DNA of 54,056 bases from Methanothrix sp. (GTDB taxonomy: Archaea; Halobacteriota; Methanosarcinia; Methanotrichales; Methanotrichaceae). The stretch is from assembly GCA_026394505.1 (NCBI GenBank), contig JAPKYC010000300.1, forward strand, positions 1-54,056, given 5' to 3'. Position 1 is the first letter of the stretch, and every line of letters starts with the position of its first letter. The translations under genes and the position numbers were made by a program. This document shows, piece by piece, positions 28,943 through 37,359 of the stretch. Under the pieces are notes generated by a model, which was not told the DNA's origin, did not search any database, and saw nothing but the letters and a program-made list of their open reading frames with translations.

Positions 28943-29665
28943 TCATCCCGTTCTTACCTTCGTGGAGAGCAGTGCCGGCGTGGGCGGTGGAAGAGGGGGC
29001 ACCGGAGGCGCAGGTGTCACCGGAAAGACTCCCAGCGCCATCTCTCCCGGGTGCATGTGCAATTGATATATCATCACTATCTGGTTCAGATACGAGAGAA
29101 GCTGGTCTCCGAAGACAACCGGATGGGGCGCGTTCTCCACCAGCTCTATCTGGGGTGCCTCCACCACTGCCTTGGTCGCCCCTTTGATGGTGATCATCCC
29201 CTGCTGCACTTTTATCTCCAGCATATTGCTCCCGCCATCATCGCTCACAGTGATGGTCTGGCTGTTGTCGTTCAATGTGACCATCAGCCCCTGGTCGCTT
29301 CGAACGATCTTCATGGGCGGCGTGGCTGCTGTTCCGCTATTGTCCTTGGGGGGCTGATCGCGTCCCCACCAGCATCCGGTCCATATTGGTCGAGAGAGGT
29401 CCCCAGCCTCAAACTCCATCCACACACCGGCCCCCGCCGGTGGGATTGTGAACTGGCCTACGCCGTCCCCGGCATAGGGAACGCAGGGCTCTGCCCAGTA
29501 TGTGGAAACGTCAGCGCCCACTTCCGGGACGTGGGCCTGGATGCGGCCTCTGTTCTCCGGATCGTCGATGGAACTAACTGTGCCCCGATATTTGCCGTAG
29601 AACCTTTGCATCTGCAGATGCAGTCCATGTCTGTCAGAAGTCATCTGAATAGCGATCATCTCCAT
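28943..29665 (-). CDS. Spike protein (phage baseplate assembly protein V / gp5 OB fold) with HxH tip
   Basis: FYGKYRGTV...DPENRGRI, WAEPCVPYAG, P..G.GVWMEFEAGD..RPIW.G; C-terminal HMHPG and Pro-rich tail. Confidence 0.92.
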   Translation of the reverse strand: MEMIAIQMTSDRHGLHLQMQRFYGKYRGTVSSIDDPENRGRIQAHVPEVGADVSTYWAEPCVPYAGDGVGQFTIPPAGAGVWMEFEAGDLSRPIWTGCWWGRDQPPKDNSGTAATPPMKIVRSDQGLMVTLNDNSQTITVSDDGGSNMLEIKVQQGMITIKGATKAVVEAPQIELVENAPHPVVFGDQLLSYLNQIVMIYQLHMHPGEMALGVFPVTPAPPVPPLPPPTPALLSTKVRTG

Positions 29666-29688
29666 GTGATCTCGGTCATTTTTTCCTC

Positions 29689-30768
29689 TTAGAGGCCCAG
29701 GGCATTTCTCCGGAGGACAAAGCGCTGTGTATAGCCGCTACCATCGATTGAGTGAAGGACGCTCTCCACGAAGTAGGTGCCGCTGAAGAGCTGGCCGGCT
29801 CCGTGCACATCAACCGTCCTCTTGGCCCGAAGGATTGATCCGTAGTCCACTGTGCCAACCTCACCTTCGGCCTTGATCGCCCAGGAGGCGCGGTCAACTT
29901 CTGCCTGGGCATAGGTCTGCAGCTCACATGTCAGTGCCAGGCCTGTACGGCTGAGAAGAACGAGGCGCTGCCGCTCGCTGCCAAGCGTAGGCTGAGATCC
30001 GAGCGCAGGCAGAGATATGCTTGTGGCGGACGCAGGCTGGTCTGAGAGGGTCTCTGTGTCCAGGCCAGTGATCTGAGCTGCTGTCGGTCGGAGCATCTCG
30101 TGGCGCAGCCGAAAAGCTCTGACATTAGTTGCCCCGGCCATATTGACGAATAGCGGATTCTGGGGGCTATCTTCGAGCCTGGGGGGATGAAAGTGCCCCT
30201 CCAGGACGCCGGTCAGTGCATTGGCCTCTACATAGCACTGAAAGCCGTTTCTCCAGGCCAACTGGCGGAGAAAGGCGATATCCGTCCCCTTCTGAAAGAC
30301 CGTCTGCTCCGGCTCCTGGCGGGTCCAGCTCGTCTCCTCCACATTCGGAGCGAAGCCGTACTCATTGAAGACCTCTGAAGCGATCTGGCTGTCCGACATG
30401 TTGGCCCAGGCTCTGACCTTCTCCTCCAGGTTCATGAGAACGGATGGATCCAGGGCGACGATGCTCATGCTCGAACCTCCGGGATCGCTGGAGAGATCTG
30501 CGCTGACCTCTATCACATGGGCCACGATGAGCGTCTCAGAATGGTTGTCAACATTGACGAGGACCTTGATGCTGTCCAGCCTTTGGAAGATATCGTCGTC
30601 GAGCACCGTCCAGCCGGAGCCGTCCTCTGAAACTGCCACAGCCAGCCGAAGCCGCAGAATGCTCGCCATCTCCGAGTGGTCCTCAAACTCAATCTGCTGG
30701 ACTGCAGCCAGGAGATCCGATCCGGCGGCCAGGTCGTTGATCATCAGTTGGTAGGATATATCGCTCAC
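29689..30768 (-). CDS. Phage late control D / gp27-like baseplate hub
   Basis: W.NMSDS.IA, FQKGTDIAFLRQLAWRNGF, G...FSGTYFVESVLHSI...YTQRF. Confidence 0.88.
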   Translation of the reverse strand: MSDISYQLMINDLAAGSDLLAAVQQIEFEDHSEMASILRLRLAVAVSEDGSGWTVLDDDIFQRLDSIKVLVNVDNHSETLIVAHVIEVSADLSSDPGGSSMSIVALDPSVLMNLEEKVRAWANMSDSQIASEVFNEYGFAPNVEETSWTRQEPEQTVFQKGTDIAFLRQLAWRNGFQCYVEANALTGVLEGHFHPPRLEDSPQNPLFVNMAGATNVRAFRLRHEMLRPTAAQITGLDTETLSDQPASATSISLPALGSQPTLGSERQRLVLLSRTGLALTCELQTYAQAEVDRASWAIKAEGEVGTVDYGSILRAKRTVDVHGAGQLFSGTYFVESVLHSIDGSGYTQRFVLRRNALGL

Positions 30769-30793
30769 GGCTTTGTTCCTCGGACTATCCTGG

Positions 30794-31069
30794 TCATGGG
30801 TGGGGGATCAGTATCCTCCGACCCGGCCTGGCCACGAGATCATCAGGCCACAATGCATAGTTGGCATCGCAGATGGCCCAGAAGCGCTCCGGGTCGCGAT
30901 AGAAGCTGTGAGCTATATGATCCAGACGTTCGCCCTCACGCACTGTATGGACGGCTGCGGCCTTTGGAGGGGGGATGAAGCGGATCTTTTTGTAGAGAAT
31001 AGTCCTGCCTTCTCTATCCATTATCTGGTGGTTGCCCACGCTCTGGTAACGGCTTGTTTTGAAGAACAT
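30794..31069 (-). CDS. LysM/tail-X-like baseplate protein
   Basis: SRY, HTVREGERLDHIAHSFYRDPERFWAICDAN, PGRRILIP. Confidence 0.88.
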   Translation of the reverse strand: MFFKTSRYQSVGNHQIMDREGRTILYKKIRFIPPPKAAAVHTVREGERLDHIAHSFYRDPERFWAICDANYALWPDDLVARPGRRILIPHP

Positions 31070-31082
31070 GGCTTTTCCTTCC

Positions 31083-31760
31083 TCAGAATGGCAGCATGGA
31101 TGTTATCTGCTCCACACTGCTGGCCAGATTGAGCCTGGCCAGCGCCTCTTTTTGAGACTGATATGCAATGTAGACATCCCTGCCAAGGCTCGTCTGTTTC
31201 AGGTCATCGTTTGTCAGGACCTTCATCCCCAGGGTGACCTTCGCCCGGAGGGGGTTAAGCTGCTGGTCGAAGGCCTGCTCGGTCACCGAGAAGCTTGTCA
31301 CCCGCACAGGCACAACGCGGGACTTTCCCCAGACGAAGAGGGTGAGGGGCAGTTTGCTGGAGGTGATCTGAGCGCCGCCCTGGCCGCTTAGAAGCTCTAT
31401 CTTCACTCTCTGCGCCTGGGAAGGGTAGAGGAGCATCTCCAGGGCGGCGAGTGCCGGGTGAATGCCGAACTGGACTGTGTGGGGATGAAACGCCGGCTCT
31501 GAGAGCTGGTCTGCCGCGTCCAGATCGACTGTGATGTTGATTGTCTCCACAGGCGGGCCCGTAACGACGTAGGCCTCCTCCCTGGCAGAGCCTTTCTGAT
31601 CTGAGCTCTGCCGGGGTATCCTATCAGTCAGGTTGCGGCTGAGCTGCTCGGGGTTGTACTGGAAGACGATCACATTTGGCACAGGCCCCAGAAAGTGCGA
31701 TGGAAATGAGACCAGAGCGCCCTTCTGGAGCCTGGGACGGAGGGGGAAGTCGGAGGACAT
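31083..31760 (-). CDS. CIS tube-initiator-like protein
   Basis: LQKGAL, FQYNPEQLSR, LFVWGKSRVVPVRVTSFSVTEQAFDQQLNPLRAKV. Confidence 0.85.
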   Translation of the reverse strand: MSSDFPLRPRLQKGALVSFPSHFLGPVPNVIVFQYNPEQLSRNLTDRIPRQSSDQKGSAREEAYVVTGPPVETINITVDLDAADQLSEPAFHPHTVQFGIHPALAALEMLLYPSQAQRVKIELLSGQGGAQITSSKLPLTLFVWGKSRVVPVRVTSFSVTEQAFDQQLNPLRAKVTLGMKVLTNDDLKQTSLGRDVYIAYQSQKEALARLNLASSVEQITSMLPF

Positions 31761-31770
31761 AGGTTTACCA

Positions 31771-33114
31771 TTATTTCTTCTTTTTACTCTTTGCAGGTTC
31801 TATCCCAGCAGCTTTGTAGACCATTTGCTGGTGGACTGCATCTTCTTCGCCAGGACGATGCTTTCTGCTATGTAAAAAGTGGATGCAGAAATGCCCAGGA
31901 TATTTATTGTCTTCATGGTGATTCTTTAGGGTCATGCCTTTTTCAAAATTTTTGATGCCGCTCTTGCCAAATCCATGCGGACAACCATGCTGAGATGCGG
32001 CGATTTTTCTGCCCTTAATTGGATCCGCATCAATCGTAATTATAATGGCTCTTCTGGTCCATAATTTGTGAGGGGTTTGTTCGCACCAAGCCACAAAATC
32101 TCCTTTGAAATTGTAGATATCTTTCAAGATCTGCGTATCTGCTGCCGAAATGGGATAGATATCCGCATGAGTATCAACGGATATTGCTTTTGCCATATAT
32201 GATTTTTCGGCTCCAATATCGGTGACAATAGCAGTGCCTCCGGGTTTAAAGAACTTGATGACCTCTTTGATATCCAAGAGATCGCCTGCCTCTTTTGCCT
32301 TAATTTGGGAGGATTCCGGCACTTGTTCACCTTTTTGCTGTCTCTGTATAGGAATTAGAGCAACTTGGCCACTATTCCTTGAAGTCTGCTGAACTACATG
32401 AGTCAACTCATGCGCCAACAACTTATCTCTTGCTTCGCGTTTCGATGATTGATTATTCTCCCCAACTACAATGTCATTGCCCATTGTGTAAGCTTTGGCA
32501 TTCAATGCCCGCGCCGTCTCTACTGCCTGCTCATCAGCATGCACCCTCACATGGCCGAAGTCGTGCCCAAACCGAGGTTCAAAGAATCCACGCGCCTGCG
32601 GTGACAGAGGCTGCCCGCCTCCCCGCATGGATCGAATCTGCGCCTCCAGCCCCCGGCTGACCTGTTTTGTCTCTCCGCTTGGCCCCTTCCTCTGGACAGC
32701 TTCTTCTTCCTCCTCCTCAGGCCCCGCCTGGCGCTGGACTAGTGACGTAATCTGCTCGGCTATCGGCTTCGCCTGAACCTTCTCCTCCTCTTCCTCATCA
32801 GGCTGTCTCTGCACCACCTCGCACTCGAGGCAGGCTCGATGCACTTGCTTTTGGGCAGCAGGCTCAGGCATGCTCATCACCTGCTCTGCCACCCGATCGG
32901 CCTCGCGCTCGTACTCGTCGCCGGGCTCATTTACGATGAGCTTCGCCTGGAGGGCTCTGGAGAGGAGCCGCTGCTGCACCGCCTGGTTGCCGATGGCCTT
33001 CTGATGGGCAAGGAGCGGACTCAGGGCAGGCTGGGGCCTTGCCCGATGTAGCCTCGCAGGACTTGCCGATTGGCTCCTCGCGGATTGGGTCTGGCGATGT
33101 GAAATCTCGAACAT
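31771..33114 (-). CDS. DUF4157 cargo protein C, with a putative cell-wall-acting His/Cys domain
   Basis: GNQAVQ, QAKL.VNEPGD.YE.EAD, GGQPL...FEPRFG.DF..VRVH, LLAHELTHVVQQ; C-terminal THADIYP...WTRRA...IAASQHGCPH...GHFCIHF..S. Confidence 0.85.
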   Translation of the reverse strand: MFEISHRQTQSARSQSASPARLHRARPQPALSPLLAHQKAIGNQAVQQRLLSRALQAKLIVNEPGDEYEREADRVAEQVMSMPEPAAQKQVHRACLECEVVQRQPDEEEEEKVQAKPIAEQITSLVQRQAGPEEEEEEAVQRKGPSGETKQVSRGLEAQIRSMRGGGQPLSPQARGFFEPRFGHDFGHVRVHADEQAVETARALNAKAYTMGNDIVVGENNQSSKREARDKLLAHELTHVVQQTSRNSGQVALIPIQRQQKGEQVPESSQIKAKEAGDLLDIKEVIKFFKPGGTAIVTDIGAEKSYMAKAISVDTHADIYPISAADTQILKDIYNFKGDFVAWCEQTPHKLWTRRAIIITIDADPIKGRKIAASQHGCPHGFGKSGIKNFEKGMTLKNHHEDNKYPGHFCIHFLHSRKHRPGEEDAVHQQMVYKAAGIEPAKSKKKK

Positions 33115-33168
33115 GCTTTTGCCTATTATTGTCCTGTTGAATTTCTTTCAAATTTAAATAATAATACT

Positions 33169-33798
33169 TTATATCTCAGGAATCTCAGCCTCAAAATCCT
33201 GCCAAATCCTATTATCATCACGGCAATTATATGTCCGACAGACAACAGGCCGGTTCTCATAGATGGTGCATCTTTTGCCATCCATATCAAAGTGGATACA
33301 ATATCCTCTCTCAGAGACGGCCACAGTGAAAGGCATACCATAATTACATTGAACTATGCCCTCCTCAAGGTCCTGAGCAGAGAGCGGGACGCTCAGCATG
33401 CAACAACGACCTTTGCACAGATCCATGCGCTTTGAGCAGTTTACGGATACAGATTGAACACTATATTTATCGGGAGTCGGATCCAAGACAACTTGAAGAG
33501 GATCTCTTGCGAACTCTTCTTCCAGGGATCTGCGAGACATTTCTCTTCTCTGGCCAAACTCCCTGCTACTGATAAAACCCTTTGAGATCAATAAGTCAAT
33601 TAATGCATTTAAATCAACCATGGTCTCCAAGTGCTGCATCTTGAGCTTCATAGACATGACATTAGTGAACTTCATGCCCTCAGTTATTTGATTCATGAAG
33701 TCGCTCTTAGGTTTGATCTCGTTATTTATCATAATATTATTTAAAATTGTACCCTCTCCATCCATATCATCATCTCCTTGATTATGGTGCCGACTCAA
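33169..33798 (-). CDS. YkgJ-family (CxxCxxCC) Zn/Fe-chelating protein
   Basis: C.KR..LCKGRCC, YCIHFD...RCTIYENRPVVCRTYNC; start may be at 33765. Confidence 0.85.
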   Translation of the reverse strand: MSRHHNQGDDDMDGEGTILNNIMINNEIKPKSDFMNQITEGMKFTNVMSMKLKMQHLETMVDLNALIDLLISKGFISSREFGQRREMSRRSLEEEFARDPLQVVLDPTPDKYSVQSVSVNCSKRMDLCKGRCCMLSVPLSAQDLEEGIVQCNYGMPFTVAVSERGYCIHFDMDGKRCTIYENRPVVCRTYNCRDDNRIWQDFEAEIPEI

Positions 33799-35572
33799 TC
33801 GGCCTTTTCACATAATTCATCTTGCTCATGTCACATGGATCCCTTAATCCTGGGATCTCCTTTAAAATGCTCTCTTTCCTCTTTGGAATTTCCATATGAA
33901 TACTTTTTTTGCAGAATTTATTCATCCCTACTATGATGTATTTCGACCCTGCATGCTGTACATAAGGGAATGAGTTTTTCAGATTGTCCACAGCAGACTT
34001 ATAGCCAGGATGCTTTTGCTTCATTTTCAAATTAACATCATTGATCATGCCCCAAGCTCGGCGCGCTACATCCATAAATTCTGTTGCTAGCTTGTCCTTC
34101 ATTTGCTCGTTCGTTTTCCTTCCCGATCCATGACCAAGGAAAATATCTTTATTTCCCGATCTCTCGACGAGCACTGCGTTCTCCAATCTCCAGGCGTTGC
34201 CAATTTTCTCATTGATGAGGTCATAGGCAGGATGATTCCAGAAGACCGCATGATCACCAATGACCAAATCCTTCTCAGAAGAAGGCGTTACTGTTTGCAG
34301 ACTTCCAACTCCGGGCTTCTTAGGAGGGCCCCCCAAGTAGAGATCCGCGAAAGCATTCCATTTGAGGCGTATCTTGTCCGAACCATATTTCTTTATCCGT
34401 TTGTTGAATTTCTCCTTTCCCAGTGTCTCTGCAAGTGACCTATAGTGGACAAGCGACAATAAATAGTCGCAATGGAGCAGCGTTCTCTTATGAGGCGGTT
34501 GAGGTTTGAACAGTTTCACTATAGCATTATATGGATCTTTCCTGCCTTGAGCACTCAGCCTCCACGAGTAACCCTCACTTGTATGATAATCCGGAAATGG
34601 TGCATCATCATTGAAAACTTTATGTCTATCTATGCGTTTAAGCTTTTTGATTTTCCCTCTCTTCTTCAGATCTTTGCGCTCACTGTAATTATCGATGACC
34701 TTGGGCTCCCAGTAATCCCGTGCATCATAGTTCACCCTTGGCCCAAAATACAAAGACGGTCCTGTAAATGGATAGCCGAAGGCATTTCTGCTCTGTGATT
34801 CTATCATATAGCGCGTTGTACCAAGGCGTTTCTTGACCTCCCTCTCAAGCTCAGATTCGTTCGAGAAATCAAATGCATCCCCAGCTGCAGCCATGTCCTC
34901 TACGATATTTTTTGCCTCTTTGCTGCGCCCCTTCCAATCCACAGACTTTATAAACTTCAGCCGTTCCACAGAAGTCGTCAGCTTCTTATTCAGAACCACC
35001 TTCCGCTGGACGAGATTTTGTGCGTATCTCCTAATAGCGAGGTCAGTTCTCATGAGTTCCGGGCTGGACTGTTGAATGGTATGAGTCAGCTCGTGAGAAA
35101 GGAGCTTCTTGCCTTCAGATGTGTTTGGGGAATAGTAGCCAGAACCGAATGCGACATCTTTTCTCGTAGTAAAAGCTTTGGCGCCAATCACCTCAGCTAG
35201 TAGAGCCGCTGGACGATCCGTATGAATGCGCACGTCCTTGAAGCGGTATCCAAACCTCGGCTCAAAGAAGTTGAGGAGCGAAGCTGGCAACGGCATTCCG
35301 CCGCCTTTCATGATATTGATTCGGGCTTCCAGATTGGGCCACATCTCCGGCATTTTGTCATGTATGGATTTTGCATGGAGGACGAAGTCAACCTTGCCCT
35401 GGATCTCACTGGAACGTAGCAGCCCTTGCGCTGCTTGATTACCAAGAAGTCGCATCTGGACTGGCAGTAGGTTGGGTGCATTAGCTGGCGAGTACATTGA
35501 TTTATCATGTCTCGTAGTGCCACTTTGATGGTTTAGACGCGAAGTGCTCTGTGTTCGCCTAAATTGTGACAT
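33782..35572 (-). CDS. DUF4157 cargo protein B, with a Tgl-like transglutaminase domain
   Basis: GNQA, FEPRFG..F.DVRIH, LLSHELTHTIQQ; then AI..LF...LHCDY...Y..L....G...FN, DLVIGDH..FWNHP, WRLENAV, FLGHGSG. Confidence 0.8.
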   Translation of the reverse strand: MSQFRRTQSTSRLNHQSGTTRHDKSMYSPANAPNLLPVQMRLLGNQAAQGLLRSSEIQGKVDFVLHAKSIHDKMPEMWPNLEARINIMKGGGMPLPASLLNFFEPRFGYRFKDVRIHTDRPAALLAEVIGAKAFTTRKDVAFGSGYYSPNTSEGKKLLSHELTHTIQQSSPELMRTDLAIRRYAQNLVQRKVVLNKKLTTSVERLKFIKSVDWKGRSKEAKNIVEDMAAAGDAFDFSNESELEREVKKRLGTTRYMIESQSRNAFGYPFTGPSLYFGPRVNYDARDYWEPKVIDNYSERKDLKKRGKIKKLKRIDRHKVFNDDAPFPDYHTSEGYSWRLSAQGRKDPYNAIVKLFKPQPPHKRTLLHCDYLLSLVHYRSLAETLGKEKFNKRIKKYGSDKIRLKWNAFADLYLGGPPKKPGVGSLQTVTPSSEKDLVIGDHAVFWNHPAYDLINEKIGNAWRLENAVLVERSGNKDIFLGHGSGRKTNEQMKDKLATEFMDVARRAWGMINDVNLKMKQKHPGYKSAVDNLKNSFPYVQHAGSKYIIVGMNKFCKKSIHMEIPKRKESILKEIPGLRDPCDMSKMNYVKRPIESAP

Positions 35573-35686
35573 AATTCTCTCAATGCTTACTTTCTTGCTG
35601 AACTAGTTGTCATGATCTTGAGGAATTAATCCATCCCTCATCTCGATCACTGCTCATCAATCACAAATCATAATTCCTTGGCCAAA

Positions 35687-37054
35687 TCATGCTATCCGAG
35701 TTGCTGTCTGTGATTCATCTGGAAGCGGAAAGTCTCCTTGGACCTCACAATCGCCTCGTCTGCATTTTCTGGTAGTCCCACGAATATGGCAGTTTCCATG
35801 TTCAGGATCTGTCCAGCATCTTTTTAAATTTGGCGTGCCAGAGACGTGAACATGCGTCGAGTTCACACGTGCACCTGAGAAGATTAAATGGGCTGCATCC
35901 GAATGCAGTCTGACACATCCATGTGACCAAGGACAGCCATCTACATGCTGATAATAGTGAAGAGCGATATGCCTGCAGCAATTGAATTCCACCCAATCTG
36001 AATACCTACTATGGCCTTTGTGGCAAACCGGAAATGGCCCGCCGATCGGAGTCAATGCGGAATTCTCTCGATTGGAATTATCGTTCTCGATATTACAGAG
36101 ACCGGCTCCTGTTGAGCATGGATGCGAATTTGAGCTCTCTCCATCACTATACCTCCAATCAACTGTTTGGCTGGTCAGGTGCACAAAAATATCCGTGATG
36201 AATCTAGATCCTCGCTGTCTCTCTCTTTGAACTCTATTTCCTTCGATTCTTAAGCTCTTTTGCTGAATAATATGCGTCAACTCGTGCGCCAGCAACCTCC
36301 TTCCCGCCACCGTCTCCGGCACATATTCCTCTTCTCCTAATACCACATTTCGGCCCACCGTAAACGCCCGCGCATTCACCGCCCTTGCCGCCTCCGCTGC
36401 CCTCGCATCCGTATGCACCCTCACCTGGCCGAAGTCTTGCCCGAACCTGGGCTCGAAAAAGCCACGCACATGCGGCGACAGCGGCTGCCCACTCCCTTTC
36501 AGGGATCGAATCTGCGCCTCCAGCCCGCGGCCGACCGCTCCACCGCCGGGCCCCTTCTTCTGGACAGCCACCTCTTCCTCCTCCGGCTCCTCCTGCCGCT
36601 GCACCTCGTCCCGCTGGGCCTGGACAGTCTCTTCCTCCTCCTTGTCGGGCTCCGTCTGGCGCAGCACCAACGGCGTGATCTGCTCAGCTATCGGCTTGGC
36701 CTGAATCTTCTCCTCCTCTTCCTCCTCAGGCTGCCTCTGCACCTCCTCCTCGCACTCCGGACAGGCCCTCTGCACTTGCTTTTGGGCCGCAGGCTCTGGC
36801 ATGCTCATCACCTGCTCAGCAATCCGGTCCGCCTCCTGCTCATACTTGTCCCCGGGCTCATTGACGACGAGCTTCGCCTGTATTATGCCGGAGCGAAGCA
36901 TGCGCTGCACCGCCTGATTCCCTAAAGGCCGCAGCCCTACAGGGACGGGGCCGATGGCATGCTCTGCAGTCGAATTTTCCGGCCCCCGCCTTGCAGGGCG
37001 CAGCAACTGGCCCTTGTTGGATTGCGTCCTTTTGACCTGAATCTCGTTCATCAT
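35687..37054 (-). CDS. DUF4157 cargo protein A, with a YkuD/L,D-transpeptidase domain
   Basis: GNQAVQR, acidic VQR repeats, LLAHELTHIIQQ; IFVHLTSQ, PCSTG, TPIG, IALH...SHGCVRL. Confidence 0.88.
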   Translation of the reverse strand: MMNEIQVKRTQSNKGQLLRPARRGPENSTAEHAIGPVPVGLRPLGNQAVQRMLRSGIIQAKLVVNEPGDKYEQEADRIAEQVMSMPEPAAQKQVQRACPECEEEVQRQPEEEEEEKIQAKPIAEQITPLVLRQTEPDKEEEETVQAQRDEVQRQEEPEEEEVAVQKKGPGGGAVGRGLEAQIRSLKGSGQPLSPHVRGFFEPRFGQDFGQVRVHTDARAAEAARAVNARAFTVGRNVVLGEEEYVPETVAGRRLLAHELTHIIQQKSLRIEGNRVQRERQRGSRFITDIFVHLTSQTVDWRYSDGESSNSHPCSTGAGLCNIENDNSNRENSALTPIGGPFPVCHKGHSRYSDWVEFNCCRHIALHYYQHVDGCPWSHGCVRLHSDAAHLIFSGARVNSTHVHVSGTPNLKRCWTDPEHGNCHIRGTTRKCRRGDCEVQGDFPLPDESQTATRIA

Positions 37055-37321
37055 CTAGCGATATTTCTCCAATAGCCCTCTGGCGATGCTTTCAGCCAGG
37101 CTTCTGGCCAGCCCTTCATCATCGTACGCCTGAGCCAATTGTATGGGCGGTACATCCAGTCGAGAGATCTCTTTGCCGACCAGGCCTTCAGGCAGTCTGT
37201 CCTGCGAAAGTCGGCGTTGCAACTCCTGTTCCAAGAGGGAGCCGAATAGTCCTGCTCGATCCGACCTCAGAGCAAATCCCTTGAGGACTATGCGATCGAT
37301 GCTCAAGTTGGTCTCTTGCAT
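37055..37321 (-). CDS. Small conserved eCIS accessory protein
   Basis: L.IDRIVL.G...LEQELQRRL...LARSLAESI; lies between the ATPase and the first DUF4157 gene. Confidence 0.7.
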   Translation of the reverse strand: MQETNLSIDRIVLKGFALRSDRAGLFGSLLEQELQRRLSQDRLPEGLVGKEISRLDVPPIQLAQAYDDEGLARSLAESIARGLLEKYR

Positions 37322-37359
37322 TGATTGTCTCCAGAATAGATCTTCTGTCAAGCCTTTCT

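Larger units (their letters stand above)
32400..36920 (-). repeat. Paralogous DUF4157 N-terminal modules (about 32400-33000 and about 36270-36920)
   Basis: Long near-identical DNA, e.g. TGCACTTGCTTTTGGGC.GCAGGCTC.GGCATGCTCATCACCTGCTC at about 32840 and about 36771. Confidence 0.9.
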
